From: an uncultured Smithella sp.
GTDB taxonomy: Bacteria > Desulfobacterota > Syntrophia > Syntrophales > Smithellaceae
DNA: 64,000 bases
NCBI GenBank assembly: GCA_964632255.1
Contig: CAZWCA010000014.1
Span: 1,148-65,147, forward strand
Direction of reading: 5' to 3'
In this document: in pieces, positions 45,327-54,883 of the stretch
Numbering within the stretch: the first letter of the stretch is position 1
How the letters are laid out: each line of letters opens with the position of its first letter
Program-made: the position numbers and the translations under genes
The notes under the pieces: generated by a model
What the model saw: only the letters and a program-made list of their open reading frames with translations
What the model was told of the DNA's origin: nothing
The model's database searches: none

Positions 45327-46033
45327 GAGCACTACTGTTAGCCGCCGGCTTTGGAACCCGCCTGCGCCCGATTACCAATTCTGTTCCGAAATGCCTGGTA
45401 CCGGTCTGCGGCAGGCCTCTGTTGGACTATTGGCTTGATTTATTGTTGCCCGGCGGGATCGAACATATTCTCATCAACACCCATTATCTTTCGAATATTG
45501 TAAGAAATCATATTGACCGTTCTCCCTGGAGAAATTCAGTCGAGATCGCCTATGAAGATAGACTATTAGGTACAGGCGGTACTGTGTTGAAAAATCGCCG
45601 TTTTTTTAAAAATAAATCATTTATGGTTGCTCACGCCGATAACTTAACCAGATTTGATGTTAAAGAATTCATTGCCGCTCATGTTCAACGGCCGCGCGGA
45701 GTGGAAATAACAATGATGACTTTTGATACGGACAGGCCGCAGACATGCGGGATAGTCGAGCAGAATAACAGATACATTGTTACAGCTTTCCATGAAAAAT
45801 CATTATCAGCACCGGGAAACAGAGCAAATGCAGCAGTTTACATTTTTGAACCATCGATAATCGATTTTCTTGCAGGAATAGGACGTGAAGTAATCGACAT
45901 AAGTCTTGAAGTTCTGCCTCATTATCTGGGACGCATCCAGACATTTCATAATGGTGTCTATCATCGAGATATCGGCAACCTGGAAAGTCTGGCTTGCGCT
46001 GAGCAGGAGTTCAAACAAATCTCATTTCGGTAA
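45323..46033 (+). CDS. sugar-1-phosphate nucleotidyltransferase (HddC/ManC-like)
   Basis: LLLAAGFGTRLRPIT signature. A TTG start at 45323 overlaps the upstream TGA. The track's upstream extension lacks conservation. Confidence 0.75.
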   Translation: MRALLLAAGFGTRLRPITNSVPKCLVPVCGRPLLDYWLDLLLPGGIEHILINTHYLSNIVRNHIDRSPWRNSVEIAYEDRLLGTGGTVLKNRRFFKNKSFMVAHADNLTRFDVKEFIAAHVQRPRGVEITMMTFDTDRPQTCGIVEQNNRYIVTAFHEKSLSAPGNRANAAVYIFEPSIIDFLAGIGREVIDISLEVLPHYLGRIQTFHNGVYHRDIGNLESLACAEQEFKQISFR

Positions 46034-46061
46034 TGTCATTTAATCTCAATAGAGAGTCACA

Positions 46062-47066
46062 TTGCCTATGCCGGCTATAAATGAACGAGTCGCTGTTGCA
46101 GTAGTCAATTTCAACGGTGGAGATATGCTGCAGCATTGTCTGAAATCCATTGTCAATCAGTCATTTCCTCCATCACGCATAATAGTGATTGATAATGCAA
46201 GCACCGATGATTCGGCGGATATTGCCATACGCTCATTTCCTGATGTTGAATTTATCCTTTTGAATGAGAATATAGGTTTTGCTGCCGCAAATAATTATGC
46301 CGCGCATCTTGCAGCGGATTGCAAATGGATCGCCTTATTGAACCCGGATGCGTGCGCTGCGCCGGGCTGGCTGGAAAAAATGATTATTGCCGCCCGTACT
46401 CATCCTGAATTCAGCTTTTACGGCTCCTGCATGTATGCAAAGAATGATTTATCACGGCTTGATGGCATTGGAGATGTCTATCATGCGAGCGGTCTTGCCT
46501 GGCGTGACAGCCATGGTCGAATAGCCGGACAAAGTGCCATTGAAACAAAAGAGATATTCTCGGCATGCGCTGCAGCCGTACTTTACAGGCGCGATATATT
46601 CCTTTCCGTCGGAGGTTTGGACGAAGATTTTTTTTGTTACCTGGAGGATGTTGATTTGGGTTTCCGGTTACATTTGGCAGGACATCGCTGTTTATTAGTC
46701 GCGGATGCCGTCGTTTATCATGCAGGATCAGCCCTTGCAGGAGGAAAACATGGTAATTTTGCAGTTTATCACGGTCACCGGAATCTTGTTTGGACTTATA
46801 TAAAAAATATGCCCGGACTGCTTTTCTGGTTATTTCTTCCCCTGCATCTTATTCTTAATCTGGGAAGCATTATCTGGTTCTATTTGCGGGGCCAGGGAAC
46901 CGTCATATTGCAAGCTAAGAAGGATGCGTTACTGGGTGTCCCCCATATGTGGAAGAAGCGATGTCACATCCAGAAAAATCATACAGCTTCTACAAGTGAG
47001 ATATGGAGAGTGTTGGATAAGCGTCTATTACCTAACAGGCTTCACCTTTCAAGGATAAAATCATAA
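46062..47066 (+). CDS. GT2 family glycosyltransferase
   Basis: VAVVNFNGGDML..., DNASTDDS and LNPDA (DxD-type) motifs. There is a C-terminal hydrophobic segment. Confidence 0.8.
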   Translation: MPMPAINERVAVAVVNFNGGDMLQHCLKSIVNQSFPPSRIIVIDNASTDDSADIAIRSFPDVEFILLNENIGFAAANNYAAHLAADCKWIALLNPDACAAPGWLEKMIIAARTHPEFSFYGSCMYAKNDLSRLDGIGDVYHASGLAWRDSHGRIAGQSAIETKEIFSACAAAVLYRRDIFLSVGGLDEDFFCYLEDVDLGFRLHLAGHRCLLVADAVVYHAGSALAGGKHGNFAVYHGHRNLVWTYIKNMPGLLFWLFLPLHLILNLGSIIWFYLRGQGTVILQAKKDALLGVPHMWKKRCHIQKNHTASTSEIWRVLDKRLLPNRLHLSRIKS

Positions 47067-47113
47067 ATCCTCAGATTACTGCAATAATAGTTAACTATAA
47101 TGCCGGTCGCGCT

Positions 47114-47983
47114 TTGCTGAATGCCGTCCGTTCCGTACTGGCATCTGCATGCGTAAAGGAAATTTTTGTTATTGATAATGGATCTTCCGATTCCAGTATG
47201 AATGATTTAAAAAAATATGCAGAAAATAATTCCCGGATTACATGTATCAACAATAATAAAAATTTAGGATTCTCCAAGGCTTGCAATATCGGAGCGAGGA
47301 AAGCGGAAAGTGACTATCTCCTTTTCCTTAATCCCGACTGCATCCTTCATCCAAATTCTTTGGAAAAAATGTTAAATGTTATTAATTTACAGATTGATGT
47401 GGGAATGGCCGGTCCTTGTCTGCTGAATGAAGATGGAAGTGAGCAGGCCGGTGGAAGAAGAGCTGTACCCACGCCATGGCGTTCCCTAATGCGTACATTC
47501 GGCTTGTCATGTTTGAGTAAACGCTATCCACGTCTTTGTTCCGATTTTAATTTACACAGACAGCCTTTACCGGAATATCCTATAGAAGTGGAGGCAATTT
47601 CCGGCTCCTGTATGCTTGTTCGTTCAAAAGCGATGAGACAAGTCGGCCTTTTGGACGAAGGGTATTTTATGCATTGTGAAGATTTGGACTGGTGTATGCG
47701 CTTTCGGCAAAATGAATGGAAAATCATTTTTGTACCCTCTGCTCCCGTAATTCATTACAAAGGTTTAAGCAGTGCGGGACGTCCGATTTTTGTTGAGTGG
47801 CACAAACATAAGGGGATGGTGCGTTTTTATCGAAAATTTTTTAAAAGCCAATATCCTGTTTTAATAATGTGGCTGGTAATTATCGGTGTCTGGCTTCGGT
47901 TCAGCTTAGCAACGGTAAGTCATAGTTTTGATTTCATTAAGAATGGCGCAGCAACCCGGGAAAGAAAATGCGCGTTGGAGTAA
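47114..47983 (+). CDS. GT2 family glycosyltransferase (the conserved N-terminus extends upstream of the first canonical start)
   Basis: DNGSSDSS and LNPDC motifs. The in-frame upstream codons 47075-47113 encode ITAIIVNYNAGRA, the conserved first beta-strand, but no ATG, GTG or TTG lies in the open frame 47036-47113. Confidence 0.7.
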   Translation: MLNAVRSVLASACVKEIFVIDNGSSDSSMNDLKKYAENNSRITCINNNKNLGFSKACNIGARKAESDYLLFLNPDCILHPNSLEKMLNVINLQIDVGMAGPCLLNEDGSEQAGGRRAVPTPWRSLMRTFGLSCLSKRYPRLCSDFNLHRQPLPEYPIEVEAISGSCMLVRSKAMRQVGLLDEGYFMHCEDLDWCMRFRQNEWKIIFVPSAPVIHYKGLSSAGRPIFVEWHKHKGMVRFYRKFFKSQYPVLIMWLVIIGVWLRFSLATVSHSFDFIKNGAATRERKCALE

Positions 47984-48858
47984 TTGGAGCGACAAGTTTT
48001 ATCGGGCAATGTCTTTTACACTTACCGGCGGCTCAAAAAAATTGTAATATTGTCGCCTTTTCCCGGCGGATGCAATGTAAGCAAAGTCATCAAAAAACAG
48101 GCTCCGTTAAATGGCAACATCTTCAGAAGTCTGACTATTCTCTAATGGATTCATGCCCCGCCGAAGAGCAAATACCGGACTGGATTTGTCTGGCTCCGAT
48201 ATGGGTCCTTCCTGATTATTTTTCGATGCTTTCCTTTTACGGAGCAAACCATATAGTGGTTCTTTCTTCAACAAGCCGATTCTCAAAAAAATTATCATCC
48301 GATCCTGTAGAGCGCACATTGGCGCAAAAACTGACAAGCAGTGAAGATAAACTTGTTTCCTGGGCGAGGGCCAAAGGCGTAGCATGGACAATTCTAAGGC
48401 CGACAATGATTTACGGTCTTGGAAAAGATAAGACAATCAGTGTAATTATTAAGTTCATTCGCCGTTTTTCCTTTTTCCTTTTATATGGCAATGGTAAAGG
48501 CTTGCGGCAACCAATCCATGTAAGCGATGTTGCAACAAGTTGTTTTGCTGCTCTTAGAGAAATGAAAACCATTAATCGCTCGTACAATCTTTCCGGCGGT
48601 GAAATTCTTACTTATCATGAAATGGTCCGGCGTATTTTTTCCATACTGGACAAGTCACCGCGCTTTCTAAGATTACCTCCCTCTTTTTTCAGATTGGCCT
48701 TAAACTGTTTACGTTTGTTGCCGCGTTTTCAATACTTGTCATTTGCCATGGTTGAGAGAATGAATCAGGATCTCGTCTTTGAACATAAAGATGCCTGCCG
48801 CGATTTTAATTTTTCTCCGAGACCTTTCATCATAAATCGGGAAGATATACCGGCTTGA
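47968..48858 (+). CDS. NAD(P)-binding Rossmann (SDR-like) protein
   Basis: N-terminal VGVIGATSFIG motif. It overlaps the upstream GT2 gene. Confidence 0.6.
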   Translation: MRVGVIGATSFIGQCLLHLPAAQKNCNIVAFSRRMQCKQSHQKTGSVKWQHLQKSDYSLMDSCPAEEQIPDWICLAPIWVLPDYFSMLSFYGANHIVVLSSTSRFSKKLSSDPVERTLAQKLTSSEDKLVSWARAKGVAWTILRPTMIYGLGKDKTISVIIKFIRRFSFFLLYGNGKGLRQPIHVSDVATSCFAALREMKTINRSYNLSGGEILTYHEMVRRIFSILDKSPRFLRLPPSFFRLALNCLRLLPRFQYLSFAMVERMNQDLVFEHKDACRDFNFSPRPFIINREDIPA

Positions 48859-48908
48859 TTGCTGCGGCCGAAATAGCTGCCGGCCATGGTGGTTTTCAAA
48901 TTTAAAAT

Positions 48909-49325
48909 TCAAGTGAAAAATGATTCGGTCACTTGGGCAGCATGAATGGCTGATAACTGTTCAGGTATTTTATCCGGATCTATGCCGGAGATAATAAAAG
49001 GCACCGCGCCTTCTCCGGAAAAAGCCGGGTAGCATGCAAGCCTCTGACCAAGCTGGCATTTTGCAATATTTCCATCATACCGGGTTCAGCAAAAAGTTCA
49101 AAGAAGATCGTAGCTCAGCTTGTTATGAATATCCACGAGCTGCAAAAAAAGGTTCAACACTGCGGCTTTCCCACCAAGGATAAGAAAACCATTTATCTTT
49201 GCCGCCGACTGCAACAAGCAAACCTTAACGGGGATGATCAATTCCATATTTCTTTGATCATTCCTGCCCCTCATCATCTCAATGCCTTCCGCCTTTTTCA
49301 AGCAACTCTTCACTTTTCCTTCCAT
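48909..49325 (-). pseudogene. possible frameshifted gene remnant
   Basis: A 75-aa ORF (49098-49325) is followed in another frame by a 57-codon open stretch with no start codon (48909-49082, ...GEGAVPFIISGIDPDKIPEQLSAIHAAQVTESFFT). No family recognised. Confidence 0.2.
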
Positions 49326-49555
49326 GTCCTTTTTTGTATAAATATGAGCAATCTATTGCAAATGCCGCCGGATGTTCAATGTCCAGGTATCACGGCCATG
49401 TATTAAACGAACATTGAGAAACCCGGCCTGCCGCGGGACTTTGCAGTATAGCATTGCAGGACTAAATACTGTCCATGAAAGGTCTTCTTATGCTATAGCA
49501 TGATTACCTGAATCTGATTGAAAGAAGAAAAACGCGAGCTAAAAGGGAGAAAGCA

Positions 49556-50758
49556 ATGATTAAACAAGTAATTCCGGCTGCCGAATTACAAAAAAGGCTG
49601 GATCGTTTTCAAGAAGTTTTGCGAAGCAAAGATATTGACGGAACACTTCTCGTACATCGTGTCGACACTATGTATTTTACGGGAACCGCACAAGACCTGC
49701 ATGTTTACATACCAAACACGGGAAAACCTTTAATTCTCGCTTACCGCTATCTGGAACGCGCCCGTAAGGAATGTCCATGGGAAATCATGCCGCTTGCCGG
49801 TATTTCGAAACTGCCTCAGTTTATTGCTGCCGCAGGGCACCCCGTGCCAAAAATACTGGGTCTGGAATATGACGTCCTGCCGGTGGCGCGTTTTGAACAA
49901 TACCGTAAAGCATTTACTGAAACAAAATTCGTCGATATCTCCTATGCGCTTCGTTTTGTCCGGGCTGTCAAATCGGATTGGGAAGTCACTCAAATCGAAA
50001 AGGCTTGCGGCATCTATTCAAAATTGCTGGAGTATGTTTCAACCATACTGCGTCCCGGCATGACCGAAGTCGAACTGGAAAGCCTGCTCGGAGTTAAGTC
50101 ACGCCTGCTCGGGCAGGAACCTATCGTGCGCCTGCGAAGCTTTTGCGGCGAGATTCATTTCGGCGGCGTTACTGCCGGTGCGCGGGCCGCAGTTCCGACC
50201 AATTTTGATGGTCCCACAGGCGGATTGGGCCCTTCCTGGGCTTATCCTATCGGGCCTTCGCACAGCATAATCCAGGCTGGCGAGCCCATTGTCATGGATT
50301 TTGCACTGGCTTTTAACGGTTATCTTGCCGATGTCACGAGAATGCTGGTTCTTGGAAAACTTTCCGAAAAATTCCGGCGTGCTTATGAAATATCGCTGGA
50401 GATCGAAGAGCGCATCCGTCGGGCGCTTGTCCCCGGTCGTACTGCCGGCGAGGTTTATGATGAAATCATTGTCTGGGTGCAAAAAGAGACTCCCTTTGCT
50501 GAAAACTTCATGGGATTCGGTGATGCCAAAGTACGTTTCGTGGGACATGGTATCGGTTTGGAGCTTGACGAACTCCCCATTATTTGCCGGGGTGCAAAAG
50601 AGATCCTGCAACCGGGAATGGTCATTGCTATCGAACCGAAGTTTTTCTTTCCCGGGGAAGGTGTTATCGGGGTGGAAGATGACGTGGTCGTTGCAGGTAA
50701 AGAAGGAGCCCGTTATCTTTCTTCAGCATCGAGGGAAATCGTAAGAATAATTCCCTGA
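49556..50758 (+). CDS. M24-family metallopeptidase (Xaa-Pro aminopeptidase/creatinase-like)
   Basis: DFALAFNGYLADVTR, VGHGIGLELDE and IEPKFF...GVEDDVVV metal-ligand motifs. Confidence 0.85.
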   Translation: MIKQVIPAAELQKRLDRFQEVLRSKDIDGTLLVHRVDTMYFTGTAQDLHVYIPNTGKPLILAYRYLERARKECPWEIMPLAGISKLPQFIAAAGHPVPKILGLEYDVLPVARFEQYRKAFTETKFVDISYALRFVRAVKSDWEVTQIEKACGIYSKLLEYVSTILRPGMTEVELESLLGVKSRLLGQEPIVRLRSFCGEIHFGGVTAGARAAVPTNFDGPTGGLGPSWAYPIGPSHSIIQAGEPIVMDFALAFNGYLADVTRMLVLGKLSEKFRRAYEISLEIEERIRRALVPGRTAGEVYDEIIVWVQKETPFAENFMGFGDAKVRFVGHGIGLELDELPIICRGAKEILQPGMVIAIEPKFFFPGEGVIGVEDDVVVAGKEGARYLSSASREIVRIIP

Positions 50759-50824
50759 TATTTAATATTTAACCTTTTGAATTGTCCTTTTAAATTATTT
50801 CCCGGCATATGGGTTTTAAAAACG

Positions 50825-50855
50825 AAAAAAGGCCGCCATGAATGACGGCCTTTTT
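50825..50855. terminator. bidirectional terminator between convergent genes
   Basis: AAAAAAGGCCG ... CGGCCTTTTT. Confidence 0.6.
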
Positions 50856-50868
50856 AATTTAAAAAATT

Positions 50869-51606
50869 TTAAACCTTACTTTTTTCCGCAATTACCATTA
50901 TTTCATATTCATCAAGTTTGAGAGGCTCCTTATTCCATGAACCTGCCGTGCCTCCCCAAAGATACAGCAGCCGGAAGCCCGACTCACTAAGCATACATTC
51001 AAGCTCGTTCGGTAGAAAACCTTTCTCGCAAAGCGTGACCGCCTTCCCGTCGCCGAGTTTTATTTTGTATGCGGTTGTTAACGTTTCCGGGTCGAAAATC
51101 CCCTTGGCAATATCTTCGTCGGAATGCTCTCTTATCTTTTTATAACCGTTCAGAACAGTCATTAAAAGTTTCCCGCCCGGCTTAAGCATGCTGTTCACAT
51201 TTCTTAGAATACCGAGATTAAAGCCGATCGGCTCCTCACCCTTTTCATGCAGGCCAAAGCCTCCTTCGCAGATGCATATTGCATGATCAAACTTCTTTTC
51301 CAGCCTTATCTTTGAAGCGTCGCCCTCAATAAACTCCACATCGAGTTTTTCTTTTTCGCCCTTTTCCCTGGCAATAGTCAGCATATCAGGAGAGAGGTCT
51401 ATCCCGGTTACTTTCATCTCTTTTGCGGCAAGCCCCAGCGAGTGCCTGCCGGTACCGCATCCGATATCGAGGATATGTTCCCCGCCTTGAAGATCAAGCT
51501 CATTGATAATGAATCCTACTTCAAACTCCGTATTTTTCGTGAAGCAGTTATCCAGGTAGCGCGGTGCTTCGTCTTTAAAAAATACTTTCCAGCTTTTATC
51601 GTGCAT
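50869..51606 (-). CDS. class I SAM-dependent methyltransferase
   Basis: ILDIGCGTGRHSL motif I. Confidence 0.8.
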   Translation of the reverse strand: MHDKSWKVFFKDEAPRYLDNCFTKNTEFEVGFIINELDLQGGEHILDIGCGTGRHSLGLAAKEMKVTGIDLSPDMLTIAREKGEKEKLDVEFIEGDASKIRLEKKFDHAICICEGGFGLHEKGEEPIGFNLGILRNVNSMLKPGGKLLMTVLNGYKKIREHSDEDIAKGIFDPETLTTAYKIKLGDGKAVTLCEKGFLPNELECMLSESGFRLLYLWGGTAGSWNKEPLKLDEYEIMVIAEKSKV

Positions 51607-52185
51607 AATGATTTCTCCATTTTCTTAATAAATTTTTGAATAACAAATTAATATCGAGGAGAAATCTCTTTCATTTTTTGACCCGGAGAGATTTCACCTC
51701 TCTATCTCACCGAATCCATTTTCTTTTTAAACATCCACCCTCCAAAAAATATTATAATTTATTAAAACTTCGAAGTTATATCTTTTTTAATAAACTTGTA
51801 TAATTTTTTTATAAGTAAATCAAAAGTATACAATGCACACTTTGATCTAAATTTTATTAAGTAAAAATTTTACAGTCAGTCCTTTGCGGATGAATGTTCT
51901 TATCTCATCCGGATTTTACTTTGTCATAGAATATTTTCAGGCAAAGTTCTTTATTTTTAAATACTAATCATTGGAACTCTTTCTTCATTTTGATCGTACT
52001 CGATATCTGTCTAACTTTGTTATCATTTTTCACATTTTCCTTTGTCGAACTCATTTACAATTTTTTTATTTAAAGCACATGTCACGTGAACTTCCGAGCT
52101 CAATATATCAATAATTTAAATAGGTTATTAACAAAGGCATATTATATGCAAAAAATTGGTAAAAAAATAAATAAAGGAGGTATTT

Positions 52186-52905
52186 ATGAAGAAAGTAAGT
52201 CTTGTTTTATTAGCGCTGCTCATTTCCTTTGGAAGTGGGTTGGCGCGTGCGGACAACATAAGACCTGTAACGGGTAATCTTACTTCGTTACAGAGCTTTT
52301 TTGACGGCAACTTAAGCAAACTACAGACACAAGACCTTGGTATTAACGCAACAACCGATCAGTATTCAGCCGGTTATTTCCAGACAACAGGTCAAGATCC
52401 AAGCAATATCTCGGCTCTTTTATTCTATGAAGGCGCGGGTTTTGCGAAATCAAATGTATTCGGTATTTATGCATATGGCGACACTTCGAAAAAAATTCAG
52501 ATTTTCTCCGGAGCGGCGTCAGCCAACAGCAATACAGCAGTTATTTGGGTGGGCAACGATGTGTATGTAAACAATGTAAGCGGTGCGCCGGCGATTGCAA
52601 ACTTCGGCAAAACATTTGGCTACTACATTACCAGCCCGCAGGGTACATTCTACTCCGACGACTCATTAAATTCCGATAAGCTTGGCCACATACTCGCTTA
52701 CAAGAGCAAGACTAACGAAAACGAATGGTGGCTTGGCATGGAGGATCTCTTAGGGGGTGGAGATAGAGATTATGATGATATGGTCATGAAAATTTCCGGA
52801 ATCTCATCAACTACCGTAGCGGCCGTATCCGAACCGGCAACAATATTTTTCCTTGGCCTTGGATTGATTGGTCTGGCGGGAATAAAGAGAAAATATCAAT
52901 TCTAA
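52186..52905 (+). CDS. secreted DUF4114-like protein with a PEP-CTERM-type sorting tail
   Basis: Signal peptide MKKVSLVLLALLISFGSGLARA. GGGDRDYDDMVMKISG motif. The C-terminus VSEPATIFFLGLGLIGLAGIKRK has a TM segment plus a basic tail. Confidence 0.7.
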   Translation: MKKVSLVLLALLISFGSGLARADNIRPVTGNLTSLQSFFDGNLSKLQTQDLGINATTDQYSAGYFQTTGQDPSNISALLFYEGAGFAKSNVFGIYAYGDTSKKIQIFSGAASANSNTAVIWVGNDVYVNNVSGAPAIANFGKTFGYYITSPQGTFYSDDSLNSDKLGHILAYKSKTNENEWWLGMEDLLGGGDRDYDDMVMKISGISSTTVAAVSEPATIFFLGLGLIGLAGIKRKYQF

Positions 52906-52924
52906 ATGTTTTATTTTAAATAAA

Positions 52925-52951
52925 GGCAGGGCCGCATGGCTCTGCCTTTTT
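52925..52951 (+). terminator. intrinsic terminator
   Basis: GGCAGGGCC gcat GGCTCTGCC (9-bp stem with one G-U pair) followed by TTTTT. Confidence 0.65.
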
Positions 52952-52973
52952 CATTTGAATTACATCGAATAAA

Positions 52974-52991
52974 GCGGCGTCGTGACGCCGC
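52974..52991 (-). terminator. intrinsic terminator for the 53007-54701 gene
   Basis: GCGGCG tcgtga CGCCGC, followed on the minus strand by TTTATT. Confidence 0.5.
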
Positions 52992-53006
52992 ACTCCAAAT
53001 TGAAAA

Positions 53007-54701
53007 CTATTTAATTGTCAATCCCGAAACCCGGTAATTAAATTCATAAGAGAGCGCACCACTCCAGTCATCCTGAAAGACTCCTTTATAACGGGTTCCG
53101 TAAACAGGACCCACCGGTTTACCGTAAGTATAAAACCAGTTAATAATCGGACTGCCGGAGAAGCCAAGGGCGATCCAGTAAGAGCCGGGCATTAAGACCG
53201 GAGAATCTTTCTGAAAATCAAAATTGGCCCAGCGGTAACCGGGCTTCATCGAAAACTGATCCAGACTGATCATCTCGCTTGTATAAAGAGGAGCGCCGGG
53301 CTTGCCTTGATCGTCCCGGAAAATATCGACCCAGAGCCATCCCTCACCGCCGAATTTATGAAGCGCCAAAGCAACATTTTGCAGTTTAACAGGCTTCTTT
53401 AAAACCACGACCTGTGCATATTGTGTAGCTTTGGTCGTAACATATTCGGCTGTTTCCACCAGAAAGCTCCGGGACATTTCATAGTTGTCGGCACCGGAAG
53501 CGGAAGTGGAGCGGGGGAAAGCAAAATCGATATTTTCCGGAAAATCCAGGTTCCCGTAGACGAAGGGGACAGTATATTGCAATGATTTCTTTTTATCCTC
53601 CGGTATGACAACAGGAGGCGGCGGTGGAGGTACTTCAATCTTCTTAAATTCCGCTTTCACCGCCGGTCCCAGGAGCAGATTTTTCGGACCGTAGCTCTGG
53701 CGGGTTCCCTTAAATTTGACGGAATCGGAAACGAAGTTGGCATCGATCATCTCCTGCAATTTCGGTTTGGTACGGGCATCGCTTGTTTGTGACCAGCGCA
53801 CCAAGCCGTCATTCCTGGTTTCATTATTATCTACGCCAACCTCGATACGAACAAAGCGATTGGAAACGAAAAGCTGCATATTTTGCGGATCATAGGGCAC
53901 CCAGCCGTTATCGGGAAACCATACTTCAATCCAGGAATGCCTGCCTTGACCCATTTTAAATGTAAGCGTTCCTTTTGCCCAGGCGATATCAAAAGGTTGA
54001 TTCAAAGTAACGCCGTTGACAATACGCACGGGAATCCCGGCTGCACGTAAAAGAGCTGCGGCAAGATGGGAAAAGTTCTGACAATTCCCTTTGCCTGATT
54101 CAAGAGAATAAAGGGCATCATACTTAACCGGCGGATTAACATAACGCACATTATCCACCACCCAGGAAACAACCCGCTGAACGGCATCGAACTGGGTTTT
54201 GACATTTTTCGTTAATTGCAGAGAAAGTTTTTGAATTTCCTGATTATCCATTTGTACTTGTGCGGTAGCTTTCAAATAATCATTCATATCGGAAGGAATT
54301 GAGGCAAGCGGGAAGGGAGCAGTGGTTTCAATGGTTTTCAAACCTGTACGATTCGCAGCATCAAAGGAAATAACGGCGTTAACTCTGTCGGGGACATTCT
54401 TCCAGGTAGCCAGAACCGTGCTGTTGCCGCGCTTATCCGTTAATGTCTGTCTTTCATCGGCCTCCGGCGAAAATGACACCTTTAAGTTTGAAATCTGCTG
54501 GCCGTAAGTCGGAGATTTAAAACTCTGGGGGAGGACAAAACTTACGGAAAGCTTACGCATGGCGTCGCCCGCCGTTATCTGCTGCTGCAATTCGTAATGA
54601 ATCGCCGACGACATATCGCCATTCACTACAAAATTTTCGGCAAAAGAGGGAATTGCCGTTAATACTGCGGCCAACAAAATCAACAGGAAAATCTTCTTCA
54701 T
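53007..54701 (-). CDS. secreted transglutaminase-like domain protein
   Basis: Signal peptide MKKIFLLILLAAVLTAIPSFA (start moved to 54701). Cys-His-Asp core: GKGNCQNFSHL, GRHSWIEVW, VPYDPQ. Confidence 0.75.
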   Translation of the reverse strand: MKKIFLLILLAAVLTAIPSFAENFVVNGDMSSAIHYELQQQITAGDAMRKLSVSFVLPQSFKSPTYGQQISNLKVSFSPEADERQTLTDKRGNSTVLATWKNVPDRVNAVISFDAANRTGLKTIETTAPFPLASIPSDMNDYLKATAQVQMDNQEIQKLSLQLTKNVKTQFDAVQRVVSWVVDNVRYVNPPVKYDALYSLESGKGNCQNFSHLAAALLRAAGIPVRIVNGVTLNQPFDIAWAKGTLTFKMGQGRHSWIEVWFPDNGWVPYDPQNMQLFVSNRFVRIEVGVDNNETRNDGLVRWSQTSDARTKPKLQEMIDANFVSDSVKFKGTRQSYGPKNLLLGPAVKAEFKKIEVPPPPPPVVIPEDKKKSLQYTVPFVYGNLDFPENIDFAFPRSTSASGADNYEMSRSFLVETAEYVTTKATQYAQVVVLKKPVKLQNVALALHKFGGEGWLWVDIFRDDQGKPGAPLYTSEMISLDQFSMKPGYRWANFDFQKDSPVLMPGSYWIALGFSGSPIINWFYTYGKPVGPVYGTRYKGVFQDDWSGALSYEFNYRVSGLTIK

Positions 54702-54883
54702 GGAAATACCCCCGTAGTTTGATTGTCGCGTAATATATGCGAGGGAAGCTTTAAATGTCAATGGAACATTAAAATTATCGCTACATTATGCACCGGACAA
54801 AAATTGTAATTGACAATACTTTGATTATGGATAAGTTACGGAAAAGTCTGTTAATCAAGACAATCCGAGAAAGGGGTTAATTA

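Noticed and set aside
49125-49406. 93-aa plus-strand ORF in the gap after the glycan locus
   Set aside because: It has no RBS and its composition is not protein-like. It is antisense to the slightly more plausible remnant ORF.
50099-50611. 170-aa minus-strand ORF
   Set aside because: It lies entirely antisense to the M24 peptidase gene, which has clear metal-ligand motifs. This is a shadow ORF.
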